From Octopus bimaculoides (Eukaryota), in NCBI RefSeq assembly GCF_001194135.2, contig NC_068981.1, positions 164,756,784 to 164,793,481 of the forward strand: a stretch of 36,698 bases of DNA, given 5' to 3'. Under the pieces are notes generated by a model. The model did not search any database and was not told the origin of the DNA. It saw nothing but the letters and a program-made list of their open reading frames with translations. Shown in pieces: positions 1 through 12,378 of the stretch. The position numbers were made by a program, and so were the translations under genes. Position 1 is the first letter of the stretch. Each line of letters starts with the position of its first letter.

Positions 1-73
<73 letters not shown>

Positions 74-95
74 ACACACACACATACATACACGT
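1..95. repeat. (TG)n then (CA)n microsatellite
   Basis: 70 nt of pure TG dinucleotide followed by CA/CATA units. Confidence 0.98.
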
Positions 96-1404
96 GTATG
101 CGTCTATATATTCATATGTAATTGTTACAATTATTTAAAAATCGGAATAGCTGTCAATTTCTTTTATCTGATCTCAAGTGCGTTCCGACGTCAAAATGTC
201 GAGAACCAAGACCCTAGACCATTAGGTAACACCTATCGCTCTTCAGCTAATAACAATATCTTCTATTTATAAAACCAAGCTAGGAAATTATAAAACCAAA
301 CTAGCCCTACTAGACTGGTTTTTCGAATTACATTTATAGTCCATCATTTATTATAATGTGACTGAATGAATATTCCACATATACATGTATCCTTAAAATA
401 GACTCAGAGTACATTATGTATTAATAGCCTAGCTGCTTTGTATTTCAGCTATCGTCCATTTTGTCCTGTTATCAAACGTTGCCAAATATTCTACATAAAC
501 TTAGATCTTTAGCAGAATTTTTAGATTAAATTAGTGGTACGGAATGTGACAAAACTGGACTCATTAATTCAATGTTATAGTTGCCTCCCTCTCCTTCGAG
601 CTTCTATAACGCTAATCTCTACATAATTTTACTGCATTTTACTAGGTAGACTGTTACCTTTAAATATACTTTTAAAATGATGACAACAAAATGATATTTA
701 TTGTAATTAAACTGAATTAATACGAGAATATAAGCTCGGGTGCAAGTCTGAAAATTGTCAGCAGGATAAATGTTCTGTACAGTTTCCGGTCATAGCAGAT
801 CTCATCAGTAAATTGTAGCTTAATCCTTACTGCCTGACTTTTGAATAATGAGAATTTATTATTGAATGAACACTGCACAGCATCTCGACTTCAAAGAAAA
901 TTACCTAGGGATGTCTGCTACATGAAACCTTAATAATAAATGCATCCTTAATATAATTGATGATTAATTCTTCATTGGCTGACTTATACAAAACTTCACT
1001 GTTCTCCTTAAATATTAGCTTATCAAACTGTATCAATCTCCATATATTAATCCCTATGTATTACTCCCAATCATTCCAAAGAAGTATTGATTGCTTCTCT
1101 GAAGAACATGTTACAAAATTTTCGGGTAATTAATCGTAGATATTTCTGTATGCAAAAGTTTTCCTTATTCATCATTCCTTCGTCGCCAAAACTGCAGGGC
1201 AACAATTGTTCTGTTTGAGATGTTCCTAATTCAAGATCATTTCACTTTCTCCAAACCAATGATGGCATTAAGTGGTTGCACGTCCATTTAGAAAAAAAAC
1301 AACCACAAAGTTATCAAAACAAGCTTTATTGATTTTAAAATAAAGGACACACTAGATAATGAGCTGTTACTGCAATTTAGCATTCCAACACAAAAGACAC
1401 ACTG

Positions 1405-2310
1405 TTAGTCTCGTAAGCGTTCAAAGTGTCCACCTTCGACATTAACAAATTCCTGTGTGATACAGCTATGCACAGACCCAAGTTGATGTTGATTTCCTAA
1501 CAGGCTTCTGTAATGAACATACGCAGCTGAGGCAGGGTACATGGTCTATCTTTTTCTTTCACAACACTCTAGAAAAAGAAATCCATGGGCTTAAGGTCTT
1601 GGGAACGAGGAGATCAATCAGCGCTACGACGTGACTTCATTAATTTCCTTGGCAATATTGCATTTAGGAAATTGTGCACATGAAACGCAATAAGGTGATG
1701 CCTCATCTTTTTGGTATAACACCTCAACGTACATTGTAGGCACTACCACCTTGCGCAACATGTTAAGGTGGTTGTCAATATTAAATTTTCTCAATAAAAA
1801 AAGAAAAGAAAAGAAGAAAAAAGGTCCGAAGACACCTGAGTACGACAGACCAACTCACACAGTAACACCCAACCGATTCACTTCAGGTGTTATAGTTAGG
1901 TAGGGCTTTCGTCATGCCAGTAAACTCAGTTATACCGATTGACATGATTTGACAACTCGAAACAAGACTCGTCCGACAGAACATTCTTGCCAAGGAATTT
2001 AGATTTTCACTAATCTCATTCATCATGATCTTTGCAAACTGCATATGACGGTCTCGGTCATCTTCTGATGCAGGAGTTTGGCTTCAGGTTTAATTATTTC
2101 ATGAGACGACCTAGGGACTTCCGTGAGGTAGACTTGATGAGATTATTCACAAACCTTAATGCTAATGCATCTCATTTTCCTCAATTGTAAAACTTCGTAG
2201 ACGTCCGGATTTCGGAGTTTTCTGGTGGTGGGTCAATGCGGAAGATTCCATTTCTGCATTTTGGAATTTCCAGTAATGCTTTAACAACAAATTTTTCTCG
2301 TTACAACCCC
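1405..2310 (-). mobile_element. Decayed Tc1/mariner transposase pseudogene, DD41D (rosa/Visitor)-type
   Basis: Manual minus-strand translation across frameshifts gives LLKHYWKFQNAE, EDDRDRHMQFAKIM, SDESCFELSNHVNRYN*VYW, VTV*VGLSYSGVFGPFF, HLNMLRKVVVP, YQKDEASP, D*SPRSQDLKPMDFFF*SVVKEK and EGGHFERLRD* (stop 1405-1407). The 2nd and 3rd catalytic Asp codons are 121 nt apart, which fits D41D with a 2-nt loss. TIRs not resolved. Confidence 0.88.
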
Positions 2311-3907
2311 GAAAAATAGAAAAATAAGACTGTTAGCCTTCTCTTGTACCTCCCTTTACATAAAAGAGAAACAGCCAAACAGAACAGAAATTTTGTTGTT
2401 ACGTAATATCCAATTATGTTATCAACCGAATATTGTTATCTAATTGCGTCTGGAACTTTATACTTGCAGCCGGCTATTACTATCGAAAAGACTTTCTTCC
2501 AAATTCCTCACAATTAACAGCTTTCACTGTATATGTGTATGTACGTGCGCGCGTTTTTATAGGAATTAATGCGTGCGCATGTATGTTTTCAGTAATTTTA
2601 ATCTCTCGTTATTTAGCTACAACTTGAATAAGTCTACTAGATATTGTTGAAAGAAAGCAGACGAGCTGCTAACTGTTAAGGCGATAAATCGTGAAAGCTC
2701 TGCAACCAACCCGTACGGGTGTACTCATGACAGAGATATTTCTAATATGAAATACTGATGAGAAGAGAAATGTGCAGACTTCATGAAATTCAAGCAATTT
2801 TTATCCATAATCGGGTTAATGTATTTTGTATATTAAATCTCTTTGAATTAGGATTTTTTTTTCAAAAAGCCGTAAAGTGTTAATATTTATACGGTATTAC
2901 TTTTTCTAAGAAACTTTACTGCACATTTCTTTTATTTAGCATTTAAGTTGTTTTGCTCTTTAGACTACCGCCATTCACATAACCCNNNNNNNNNNNNNNN
3001 NNNNNNNNNNNNNNNNNNNNNNNNNNNNNNNNNNNNNNNNNNNNNNNNNNNNNNNNNNNNNNNNNNNNNNNNNNNNNNNNNNNNNNNNNNNNNNNNNNNN
3101 NNNNNNNNNNNNNNNNNNNNNNNNNNNNNNNNNNNNNNNNNNNNNNNNNNNNNNNNNNNNNNNNNNNNNNNNNNNNNNNNNNNNNNNNNNNNNNNNNNNN
3201 NNNNNNNNNNNNNNNNNNNNNNNNNNNNNNNNTATATATATATATATATATATGTATACATATAAATGTCTTATAACATCAATATTCCTTTAGCTAATAC
3301 CAGGTATCCGTCTTTGTTGATACTAGCTAAATAAGTAAATAAATAAATTTTTAGTTTAGGATAAAAAGTTTGGTGTATACTCGAAAGTATTCAAAATATC
3401 TTTTTATCCTTTTCTTATAATATTCTCCTTAATAAGCTTCTGAATAACTCTAAATTTTAACTTTATACAATATGGCAATATTGCTTAAAATATTTAACTA
3501 TAGTACCCCATGATAAAATTTCCCGTTTCATTATCAATAGTCTACTAGTGACTTGCCCCTTTAATTGTCAGCTAACATCTTGATTTAAGATTTCCTTTCG
3601 CAAATCTCATTATATTGCTTTAAATAAATCTTGATAGTTTTTTAAGACTATACCCACTATGATTTTTGTCGACTCCCTCAGCCCCCTTTTTAACAGGCAC
3701 TGCCCCTTGTTCTTTTGGCCTTAGATATACAAAGATTTGATAAACTAGTCTATAAATTAAGACTCGCTAAGCAAGTATGGTGAGGTTACCGATTTAAACG
3801 CCGACGACTCGACCATGCAATAGATCGTACTGGATTACATGTTAACAGGAGCGCAATAGAGATTAGACATATTGCCATAATGATTGACTTAATATTTGTT
3901 TCTAATT

Positions 3908-4095
3908 TAGGCACATGGCTAGTAGTTTCAAGGAAACTATTTAGTCAAACATCGACTCTATTACTTGCAAGCTATCTTATTTTATCTAACCCACAAAAAT
4001 GAAAGGTGAAGTTGGTTTCTGCTTGTTTTGAAGTCTGGACGTATAGAACCGGGTCTAATACCATGAGGTGTTGTGCAACGCTTTAACAACTCAAT
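3908..4095 (-). mobile_element. Old, degenerate copy of SINE family C (same family as 33019-33252)
   Basis: Remnant motifs such as catcgactc...ttattttatc...aaaatgaaagg...ttttgaagtc resemble the reverse complement of 33019-33252. Confidence 0.5.
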
Positions 4096-4968
4096 CAATG
4101 AATGATTTCAGAATGATTTTTAAGATGGACTCGAAGCCACATATTTTGGAGGATGTATTCAATAAATAGGATCCAATATGTAACTGGTTCTTTATTATCA
4201 ACTCTAGACATGATAAAATTCAAAACCAACACCAGTGTAATTTGAAAAAAAGCTGTAGCAATTAGCGTAAATCATATCCGGCGGAGTAACGAGTCTACTA
4301 TCCACATCCTTCAGAATGGTTGTCTTTATAATCTCAAAAGTAATGAAAAAAAAATCGAGAAACAAAAGTCGTCTGTTGAAATGATAGACAGTATGATGCG
4401 ATAACTCTTAGCAGCTGGCTTACTTTCTTTTCCAGCAATTTCTTATAGATTACGTGGATTTTTAAAACATTATCTATGTTAATTAGTGATATATCAAAAT
4501 AGGTGTAATTACGATCTGGGCGTAATGAGCATTATAATATGTTTAATCTAAGTTGTTTTTTCATTGAACAAATGTTAACTATTACTTAAATGATAGCATT
4601 ATCTTTATCAGTATAGCGTCATTAAGTAACAGTGTCTTTGTATTCAATGATGCCGCATTCTAGAAATCATATGGCTTCCACTGACAAGGATAAAATATGT
4701 ACTTATACCTGAATATGTCTTCTGCATGCACAGTTTCGGCGATGTCAGTTTAAGGAAAAAAACAGCTGTCTCCATTCACCATGACAATGTTGTGCAAGGG
4801 AAGGAGCAATACCGCTTGACACTATTGTTTTTATATGTGAAGTAAGAGTGTAGAAAAAAAAACAGAAAAAGACCACGTGCCACAAGGCATCCTGTCAGAC
4901 ACTATAACAATTTTGTCAAGCCATCGTCCTAGAATGGCCAGGATAATATATCCCTTTAAACTCATTTT

Positions 4969-4969
4969 T

Positions 4970-5000
<31 letters not shown>

Positions 5001-5658
5001 CACATACACACACACACACACGCACAAACACACACACACANNNNNNNNNNNNNNNNNNNNNNNNNNNNNNNNNNNNNNNNNNNNNNNNNNNNNNNNNNNN
5101 NNNNNNNNNNNNNNNNNNNNNNNNNNNNNNNNNNNNNNNNNNNNNNNNNNNNNNNNNNNNNNNNNNNNNNNNNNNNNNNNNNNNNNNNNNNNNNNNNNNN
5201 NNNNNNNNNNNNNNNNNNNNNNNNNNNNNNNNNNNNNNNNNNNNNNNNNNNNNNNNNNNNNNNNNNNNNNNNNNNNNNNNNNNNNNNNNNNNNNNNNNNN
5301 NNNNNNNNNNNNNNNNNNNNNNNNNNNNNNNNNNNNNNNNNNNNNNNNNNNNNNNNNNNNNNNNNNNNNNNNNNNNNNNNNNNNNNNNNNNNNNNNNNNN
5401 NNNNNNNNNNNNNNNNNNNNNNNNNNNNNNNNNNNNNNNNNNNNNNNNNNNNNNNNNNNNNNNNNNNNNNNNNNNNNNNNNNNNNNNNNNNNNNNNNNNN
5501 NNNNNNNNNNNNNNNNNNNNNNNNNNNNNNNNNNNNNNNNNNNNNNNNNNNNNNNNNNNNNNNNNNNNNNNNNNNNNNNNNNNNNNNNNNNNNNNNNNNN
5601 NNNNNNNNNNNNNNNNNNNNNNNNNNNNNNNNNNNNNNNNNNNNNNNNNNNNNNNNNN

Positions 5659-5697
<39 letters not shown>

Positions 5698-5750
5698 GTA
5701 TATGTATATATGTATATATATATGTATATATATATTTGTATATATACAAT
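4969..5750. repeat. (CA)n / gap / (TA)n-(TATG)n microsatellites
   Basis: Directly visible, flanking gap 5041-5658. Confidence 0.95.
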
Positions 5751-6075
5751 TCTCTTCACATTTACATATACGCATGCATATTTTACACACACGTACACAT
5801 CTGTGCGCATGTATGTACGTACCTGCGTAAATGTGCACCTACATACGCATAGATATATGTATATATGTGCTGGTATGTATGTGGATATCTGTATGTACGT
5901 AAAAGATGACAGCTTTCCAATAGGCTCACTGCTCTTTGTCAATCGATTTTGGCAAGAACTACTGACAGATATTTGAAGCTTTGCCGCAATGTATTCAAGC
6001 TATAATGGTCATGTTAGAATCTGAAATATTTATTTCTATCTACTGGTTTGGGGTATTAAGGGCTTACGAGTATCA

Positions 6076-6080
6076 CTAAC

Positions 6081-6130
<50 letters not shown>

Positions 6131-6294
6131 NNNNNNNNNNTATTGTTATTATTATTATTACCATCATCATCGCCGTCATCATCATCATCATCATCATCAT
6201 CATTTATTATTTTTATTATAATAATAATAATTATTATTATTATTATTATTACCATCATCATCGTTATCATCATCATCATCATTATCATCATTTA

Positions 6295-6332
<38 letters not shown>

Positions 6333-6365
6333 CATTATTATTATTATTGGTGTTGTCATTGTAGT
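6076..6365. repeat. Compound trinucleotide microsatellite (ATT/ATC/AAT)
   Basis: Interleaved ATT, CAT and AAT runs. Confidence 0.97.
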
Positions 6366-7000
6366 TGTTATATCTATTAAACAAAAACTAATTAAATTTG
6401 CTTATATTTGTGATGTAATCACATCGGTTCAACACTTTCCTTCAATTGAGGTGAACTACTTTGAGAATCATTTGAACTGTTTGACTCTACTCAATATGAA
6501 ATACGATTTTTCGGAAGTATGTATTATTATTTGCAATGTATAGAAATTATATTTAACAGTTTTATTTTCTTGTCTTCTATTTCCCGTTCATATNNNNNNN
6601 NNNNNNNNNNNNNNNNNNNNNNNNNNNNNNNNNNNNNNNNNNNNNNNNNNNNNNNNNNNNNNNNNNNNNNNNNNNNNNNNNNNNNNNNNNNNNNNNNNNN
6701 NNNNNNNNNNNNNNNNNNNNNNNNNNNNNNNNNNNNNNNNNNNNNNNNNNNNNNNNNNNNNNNNNNNNNNNNNNNNNNNNNNNNNNNNNNNNNNNNNNNN
6801 NNNNNNNNNNNNNNNNNNNNNNNNNNNNNNNNNNNNNNNNNNNNNNNNNNNNNNNNNNNNNNNNNNNNNNNNNNNNNNNNNNNNNNNNNNNNNNNNNNNN
6901 NNNNNNNNNNNNNNNNNNNNNNNNNNNNNNNNNNNNNNNNNNNNNNNNNNNNNNNNNNNNNNNNNNNNNNNNNNNNNNNNNNNNNNNNNNNNNNNNNNNN

Positions 7001-7060
<60 letters not shown>

Positions 7061-7198
7061 GATCACCATGTCACGTACATATGGTTGTGATGCATGTGCG
7101 TAGTGTACCCTTATCAGACGGGTAGTCATGATGGGTATAATGGGCTTCGTATATTTTACCCCAGTGTCACTTTGATGGCATGCACTGCTCTCTCACTC
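7061..7198 (+). mobile_element. 5'-truncated retroelement 3' end (138 bp) flanked on both sides by (AAT)n; probable R4/Dong 3' UTR
   Basis: Ends GCATGCACTGCTCTCTCACTC-(AAT)n, near-identical to the end of 7234-7760 and similar to the reverse complement of 36261-36450. The family assignment is inferred. Confidence 0.75.
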
Positions 7199-7233
<35 letters not shown>

Positions 7234-7237
<4 letters not shown>

Positions 7238-7760
7238 ATCAGGAAGTGCCTCTCATGGCTTCTGTTCTTAACTGATTGGAAGTGTTATGCACATGGTATA
7301 AATGATGGGCTACAGCAAATATTCTGCTGAATATCACAGCACAGATTTGCTTGTCAATTGTTTGACCTTAACCAGTTAAGCATGTGCTTTAGTGGCTGAC
7401 GATATGTGCATCTCTGTTCACGAGCAGAAGTAGTGGGGGAACATCATAGTCATGTATTGAGAGGAATTATTTGGGCTTTGGATAAGTCACCTTTGAAAAC
7501 ATGGGTGTTTTGTTCAACATCCTTAAACAATCCTTCTCCAGGGACTTTTTGAGTGGGATGGGCTTCTCAGCCTGAAAAAAATTCTAACTGGGCCCCACCT
7601 GCAAGGTCAGGCGTTGTTTAACTTGATATGAGATCACTGTGTAACGCACATATGGTTGTGATGCATGTCCCTGGTGTATCCTGGTAGTCATGATGGGTAT
7701 ACTGGGCTTCGTATATTTTACCCCAGTATCACTTTGATGGCATGCACTGCTCTCTCACTC
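7234..7760 (+). mobile_element. Longer 5'-truncated copy (527 bp) of the same retroelement 3' end
   Basis: Same 3' terminus as 7061-7198 and extends further 5'. Flanked by (AAT)n at 7199-7233 and 7761-7833. Confidence 0.75.
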
Positions 7761-7833
<73 letters not shown>

Positions 7834-7834
<1 letters not shown>

Positions 7835-8320
7835 AATCCGAGTTAAATGCACATAATAAGGCGTTAGCTACAAATTCCTTAGCAGTTCTGGTTGTTATTT
7901 ACAGTGTCAATGTGTTGAACTGGAATATAAGAGAAAAAAAGGAAGATCGACTGGAAAATCCGTAAGCTGCTGACTTGTAATAAGATGCATCACTCAAAGG
8001 TAGATGCAAATAAATAGTCTTTACCTACCCAGAGCTGATGGTCGAGGCTTGATCCAGTTTGAAGTTTCCTGCAAAATATCTTGAAACATCTAACGACTGG
8101 ATACTAAAGCTCGTTGAAAACAATGAAAAACGCAAGAAGCTTCATTCTGTTATAAAGCAGAGCAAAAAAATTTTCAAGTGAGTTTATGCATAATACTCAG
8201 GTTGAACAGTATGATGGAAGTGCAGCAACTTTAGTTGCAAAGAAGGTGAAATCAATAGCAAAGAAAAATGCGTTTGAACAATTGGCTGATAGGTGCCAAC
8301 GAAAACCTCTGCATGGCAAA
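7834..8320 (+). mobile_element. R4/Dong-clade non-LTR retrotransposon fragment A (post-RT region)
   Basis: Translates across frameshifts to LNAHNKALATNSLAVLVVIYSVNVLNW, (I)RKLLTCNKMHHSKVD, YLPRADG and KPLHGKY, matching the RLE-LINE motifs LNAxNKxxAINxxAVPV, LYLPRxxGGRGL and KxLHGxY. Starts immediately after (AAT)n. Confidence 0.82.
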
Positions 8321-9730
8321 TATGTGGAAAATTTTTGGCGAAAGTTTAACAGCAGGAAAGGCTTATTTCAAGAAGCTAGTCTTTCGTCATTGTTGTTTGT
8401 AGTTTGTATGATACCCCTCAAGCATTGGGTACACTTTGAAAAATGGAGAAAAGTTAAATGATCTGTTGTATATGAATGAGTCAAAGAGTTCCAGGACAAT
8501 AACCCAAGGACAGTCCCCCCCCCGCAGGACAATTCCCCCCGACAACTATCCCCAAGACAATTACTCCCTCTCCAATATATTAAGAAGTTTTAAATCATCA
8601 TCTGTTGTCCTCAGGAGTAATTGTCCTTGGGGTATTATTGTCTATGGGGCGGGGAATAAATGTCATAGATTCAAGTCAAAGATCTACGGTAATAGTGAAC
8701 GTGAAATATATAGCCTGGTTTCAATAGTGCAGATATTCAGTAAAGATATTGAAATGGAATTTTGATATTAGAAAGTGTAGTAAACTTATCATAAAGGAAC
8801 GCAAAATAGCACCAGACGACGAGGGAGCCAAAGATGTTGAAGCGATGGATATAAATAGCTAGGTATTTTGGAGTATGAGAAAATCAAGGGAAGGAGATGA
8901 AGGAAAGCTTTGGACCAGAATATTTCAGGGAGCCAAATTAATTATGCAGAGTAGATTCAATAGAAAGAACAAGATCAGGGCAATGAATATATGGGCTGTC
9001 TCGCTAATGCGATACGGTGCAAGTGTTGTTAGGCGAACAAAGAATAAGCTTCAAAAAGTGGATAGAAAAGCCAAGAAAGTGATGACAATGAACAAGGAAC
9101 TGCACTCTAAAAGCGTTATTCATAGACTGTATGTGCCTAGACACAAGGGAGGAAGAGATATTATAGGATGGAAGATCTGTGTTGTCAATGAGGTAAACAG
9201 TCTGGAATGGTACATCAAGCAGCAGATTGAAACATTGTTTGTTGTTGTTAGAAATAGCAACACGATACCTAGTGAAAATGTGACACATCCAAAAACATTT
9301 AAGAAAGAAGATGAAGAACAAAGATTAAACAACTGGAAAATAAAAACGATGTATGGACAGTACCCAGAGAAACGGAAGGGAAAGACGAGACCAGCAACTG
9401 GAGATGGCTAAGGAAAAGTGATCGGAAAGGATAAACTGAGGCATTGATATGCAACGCCCAGGAACAAGCCCTGAGAACAAATTACACCAGGTTCCAAATA
9501 GATAAGAACACTTTTGTGGCAGCAAACGCGAAACAGTCTCACATATTGTGTGTGAGTATTGCAAATTGGTTCCAGAGCAATACAAAAGGAGGCATTATAA
9601 CGTAGCTAAGTTTGTTCTCTGGAGATCGTGTGAGACGTACGGTTTTGAAAGAAAAGAGAAATCGTACAAGCATAAATCAGGAGGCGTCACTGAGAATAAT
9701 GCGTATAAGATATTACGGGATTTTAAATGT
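8321..9730 (+). mobile_element. R4/Dong-clade fragment B: RT motifs to CCHC knuckle and start of the restriction-like endonuclease; pseudogene
   Basis: KGLFQEASLSSLLFVVCMIPL (GIFQGDSLSPLLF), LLYMNESK|IYG (YMDDLK), IFSKDIEMEF, RLYVPRHKGGRD, QEQALRTNY, CGSKRETVSHIVCEYC, YKRRHYNVA, ENNAYKILRDF. Ends before the PD-(D/E)xK core. Confidence 0.9.
8488..8673. mobile_element. 186-bp MITE-like insertion with 9-bp TSD AGTCAAAGA (8479-8487 and 8674-8682); MULE-like
   Basis: Perfect 9-bp direct repeat. Reiterated GGACAAT...CCCC motifs on the left are mirrored by ATTGTCC...GGGG motifs on the right. Removing the insert restores YMNESK-IYGNSE. Confidence 0.85.
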
Positions 9731-10220
9731 CTTATCTCCCATCAATCACTGAGTCACACTGGGGTGTAAAATCCCATGAGAATGTTCAGATATTGTACAT
9801 ATTTTGTAAAGTGGACAAAGATATAGTTATAGGGATTGGATAAATGAATGTATAATACAAACTACAATAAAAATAATTTCGATAGACTGTATTTACTAAT
9901 AAGAGAAGGTAAATGTTCGTTAAATATAGAACTCATCCTCAGTGTTGTAATTCTGGGTTTGAAGTCATTGAAACAGAGAGAGATTTCAGGAATATAAAGG
10001 ATGACACAGAAAATAGCTGAAAAATTCTACATTAACCAGATCTGTCAGCGTAATAAGTCTGACGAATGTATAATTTCTTCAGATCCGAATCGAATCTGCC
10101 TCTTACATGAAACTTTTAGTAGATGGCTTGTGAATAATTGCTATACTCATTAATAAGTGGATAAACGCGTAAATGTATGTATATGCATATATATTTGTTT
10201 GTGCGTGTGTGGGTGTATGA

Positions 10221-10261
<41 letters not shown>

Positions 10262-11130
10262 TACACCCACACATACAGACATACATACATATACACACAC
10301 ACATATATGCGATACATCAAAAATGTTTTCACAAAAGACGCACCAGTTTTATGGTTTTATGTAATTATGAAGAAAGGAAAATAATCAATACATACATCGA
10401 TCAATGAAAGGTTTCGAAAATTCTTCTTTTCCGCTAAGTGGCAAAAATATTAAAAAACAAACAAACAAAAAACAAAAAAAATCTGCAAAAACAAGAACAA
10501 AAATAAGAAAAATTTGCGGATATAAACTTCTCTTATCTGTCTGATGAATACTCTTAAGAAACTCACTATATTGCCACTTGAAGTATTTTTAAAACATTAA
10601 TTTGCTAAGAAGAACTCTGGTTATTAACAAATTAACTAACACAAAAAATTGCGAATCAATATTTCTTTAAACATGATAATTTGGCTGGTCTTTTTTTTTC
10701 TAGTCGGTCTTTTTATCTCTCTCTCTCTCTCTTCTCCTCTCTCTTTCTCTTTGATTCGATAATCATTCCTTTTCCTTCTTCCTCTCTCTCTAATAAGTGT
10801 GAGAGAGTGTGAATGCTTGTGCGCATGCGCTTATGAGAGAAAGAGTATGCGTTGGTTTGGGTGGTTTTTTGGAAGTCGATGTCTGTTAAACTTGTGAATC
10901 GATACAATTTTCACATTAAAACTGACTAATCTTCTTTCTCACTTTCTCCTTTTCTTTCTTACTCTCTTTCTTCAAACCACATTCTTTCCTTCTTTCTCTC
11001 TCTCTCTCTCCCCCTCCTTCTCTCTCTATCACACACAAACACGTGCATACATTATATATATTCAATTTTCTTAAGAAATGTTTGTACCCAAGTTTTACAT
11101 ATATCTAGGTAGCAATAAAATCACATTCAA

Positions 11131-11131
<1 letters not shown>

Positions 11132-11228
<97 letters not shown>

Positions 11229-11235
11229 ACATACA
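11132..11235. repeat. (CA)n microsatellite
   Basis: Directly visible. Confidence 0.98.
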
Positions 11236-11981
11236 TTATGTAGATGTATAAAACTACAATTTCTTTCTCTATCTCTCTATTTATCCATCTCGCCACCCTC
11301 TCTATCTAGCCATCTCTCCCCTCTCTCTCTACCTCCCTCTCTCATTCACTCTTCTCTATTCTCGGTTTTATGTCTTTCATACACTCACTTTCTTTCACCA
11401 TTCCTTATTTTCCTTTCTTGCTGTTCCTCATACCGATCTTTACACTGTTTTCTTTCTTCCAATTTATTATCAATTTTTAATTCCTTCATTTGTATTTTTT
11501 TTTTCTATTTCTTTATTTTTATTTTATTTTCACGACAGCAACTTTTGCCTCGTCAGTCTTTCAATAATCATTTTCTTTCTTTCACTTTATTTTCTTCAGT
11601 TTTATTTTTTAGTCATTCCTTTCATCTCTCTAAATACTCTTGACTGTCTAAATTTTCTTTCAAATTTTCCAATTTCGAGCTAAACATTTCTCGCTGTTTT
11701 TCATTTAATATTACCTCTTTTCTTTCTGTACATCTACCTAAGTGTATGTTTTTCTGGCTATTTGTAATACAACGTCACTGTCCCTATCTGTCTATCTTTC
11801 TGTAAATTCACACATACATACATTCATCATACATACATGCAAACATACATATATGTGTGTAAGTGTAGAAGGAGATAGAGAGAGACAGATAGACAGAGAC
11901 AGAGAGAGTCAGAAAGCGAGAAAGTAGATGAATATATGTATATACATACATGATTATATATATAAAACACATATATATATG

Positions 11982-11984
<3 letters not shown>

Positions 11985-12022
<38 letters not shown>

Positions 12023-12238
12023 NNNNNNNNNNNNNNNNNNNNNNNNNNNNNNNNNNNNNNNNNNNNNNNNNNNNNNNNNNNNNNNNNNNNNNNNNNNNNN
12101 NNNNNNNNNNNNNNNNNNNNNNNNNNNNNNNNNNNNNNNNNNNNNNNNNNNNNNNNNNNNNNNNNNNNNNNNNNNNNNNNNNNNNNNNNNNNNNNNNNNN
12201 NNNNNNNNNNNNNNNNNNNNNNNNNNNNNNNNNNNNNN

Positions 12239-12285
<47 letters not shown>

Positions 12286-12302
12286 CAGACATACAGACCG
12301 AC

Positions 12303-12365
<63 letters not shown>
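11985..12365. repeat. (TA)n / gap / (AGAT)n microsatellites
   Basis: Directly visible. Confidence 0.97.
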
Positions 12366-12366
<1 letters not shown>

Positions 12367-12378
12367 CATGTACAGGTT

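Noticed and set aside
772-815. Hammerhead-like CTGATGA...GAAAC plus palindrome CTGTACAG on the minus strand
   Set aside because: Stem II does not close, the required U before the cleavage site is A, and stem I does not pair.
1405-1900. Several Trp codons mutated to TGA/TAG that A-to-I editing could in principle restore
   Set aside because: Frameshifts also break the ORF, and TGG to stop is an ordinary decay route.
9739-9775. Weak similarity to the reverse complement of the (AAT)-flanked 3' end
   Set aside because: Too short and gapped to call.
10541-10562. CTGATGA-ATACTCTTAA-GAAAC hammerhead-like core
   Set aside because: No closing pair for stem II and no stems I or III.
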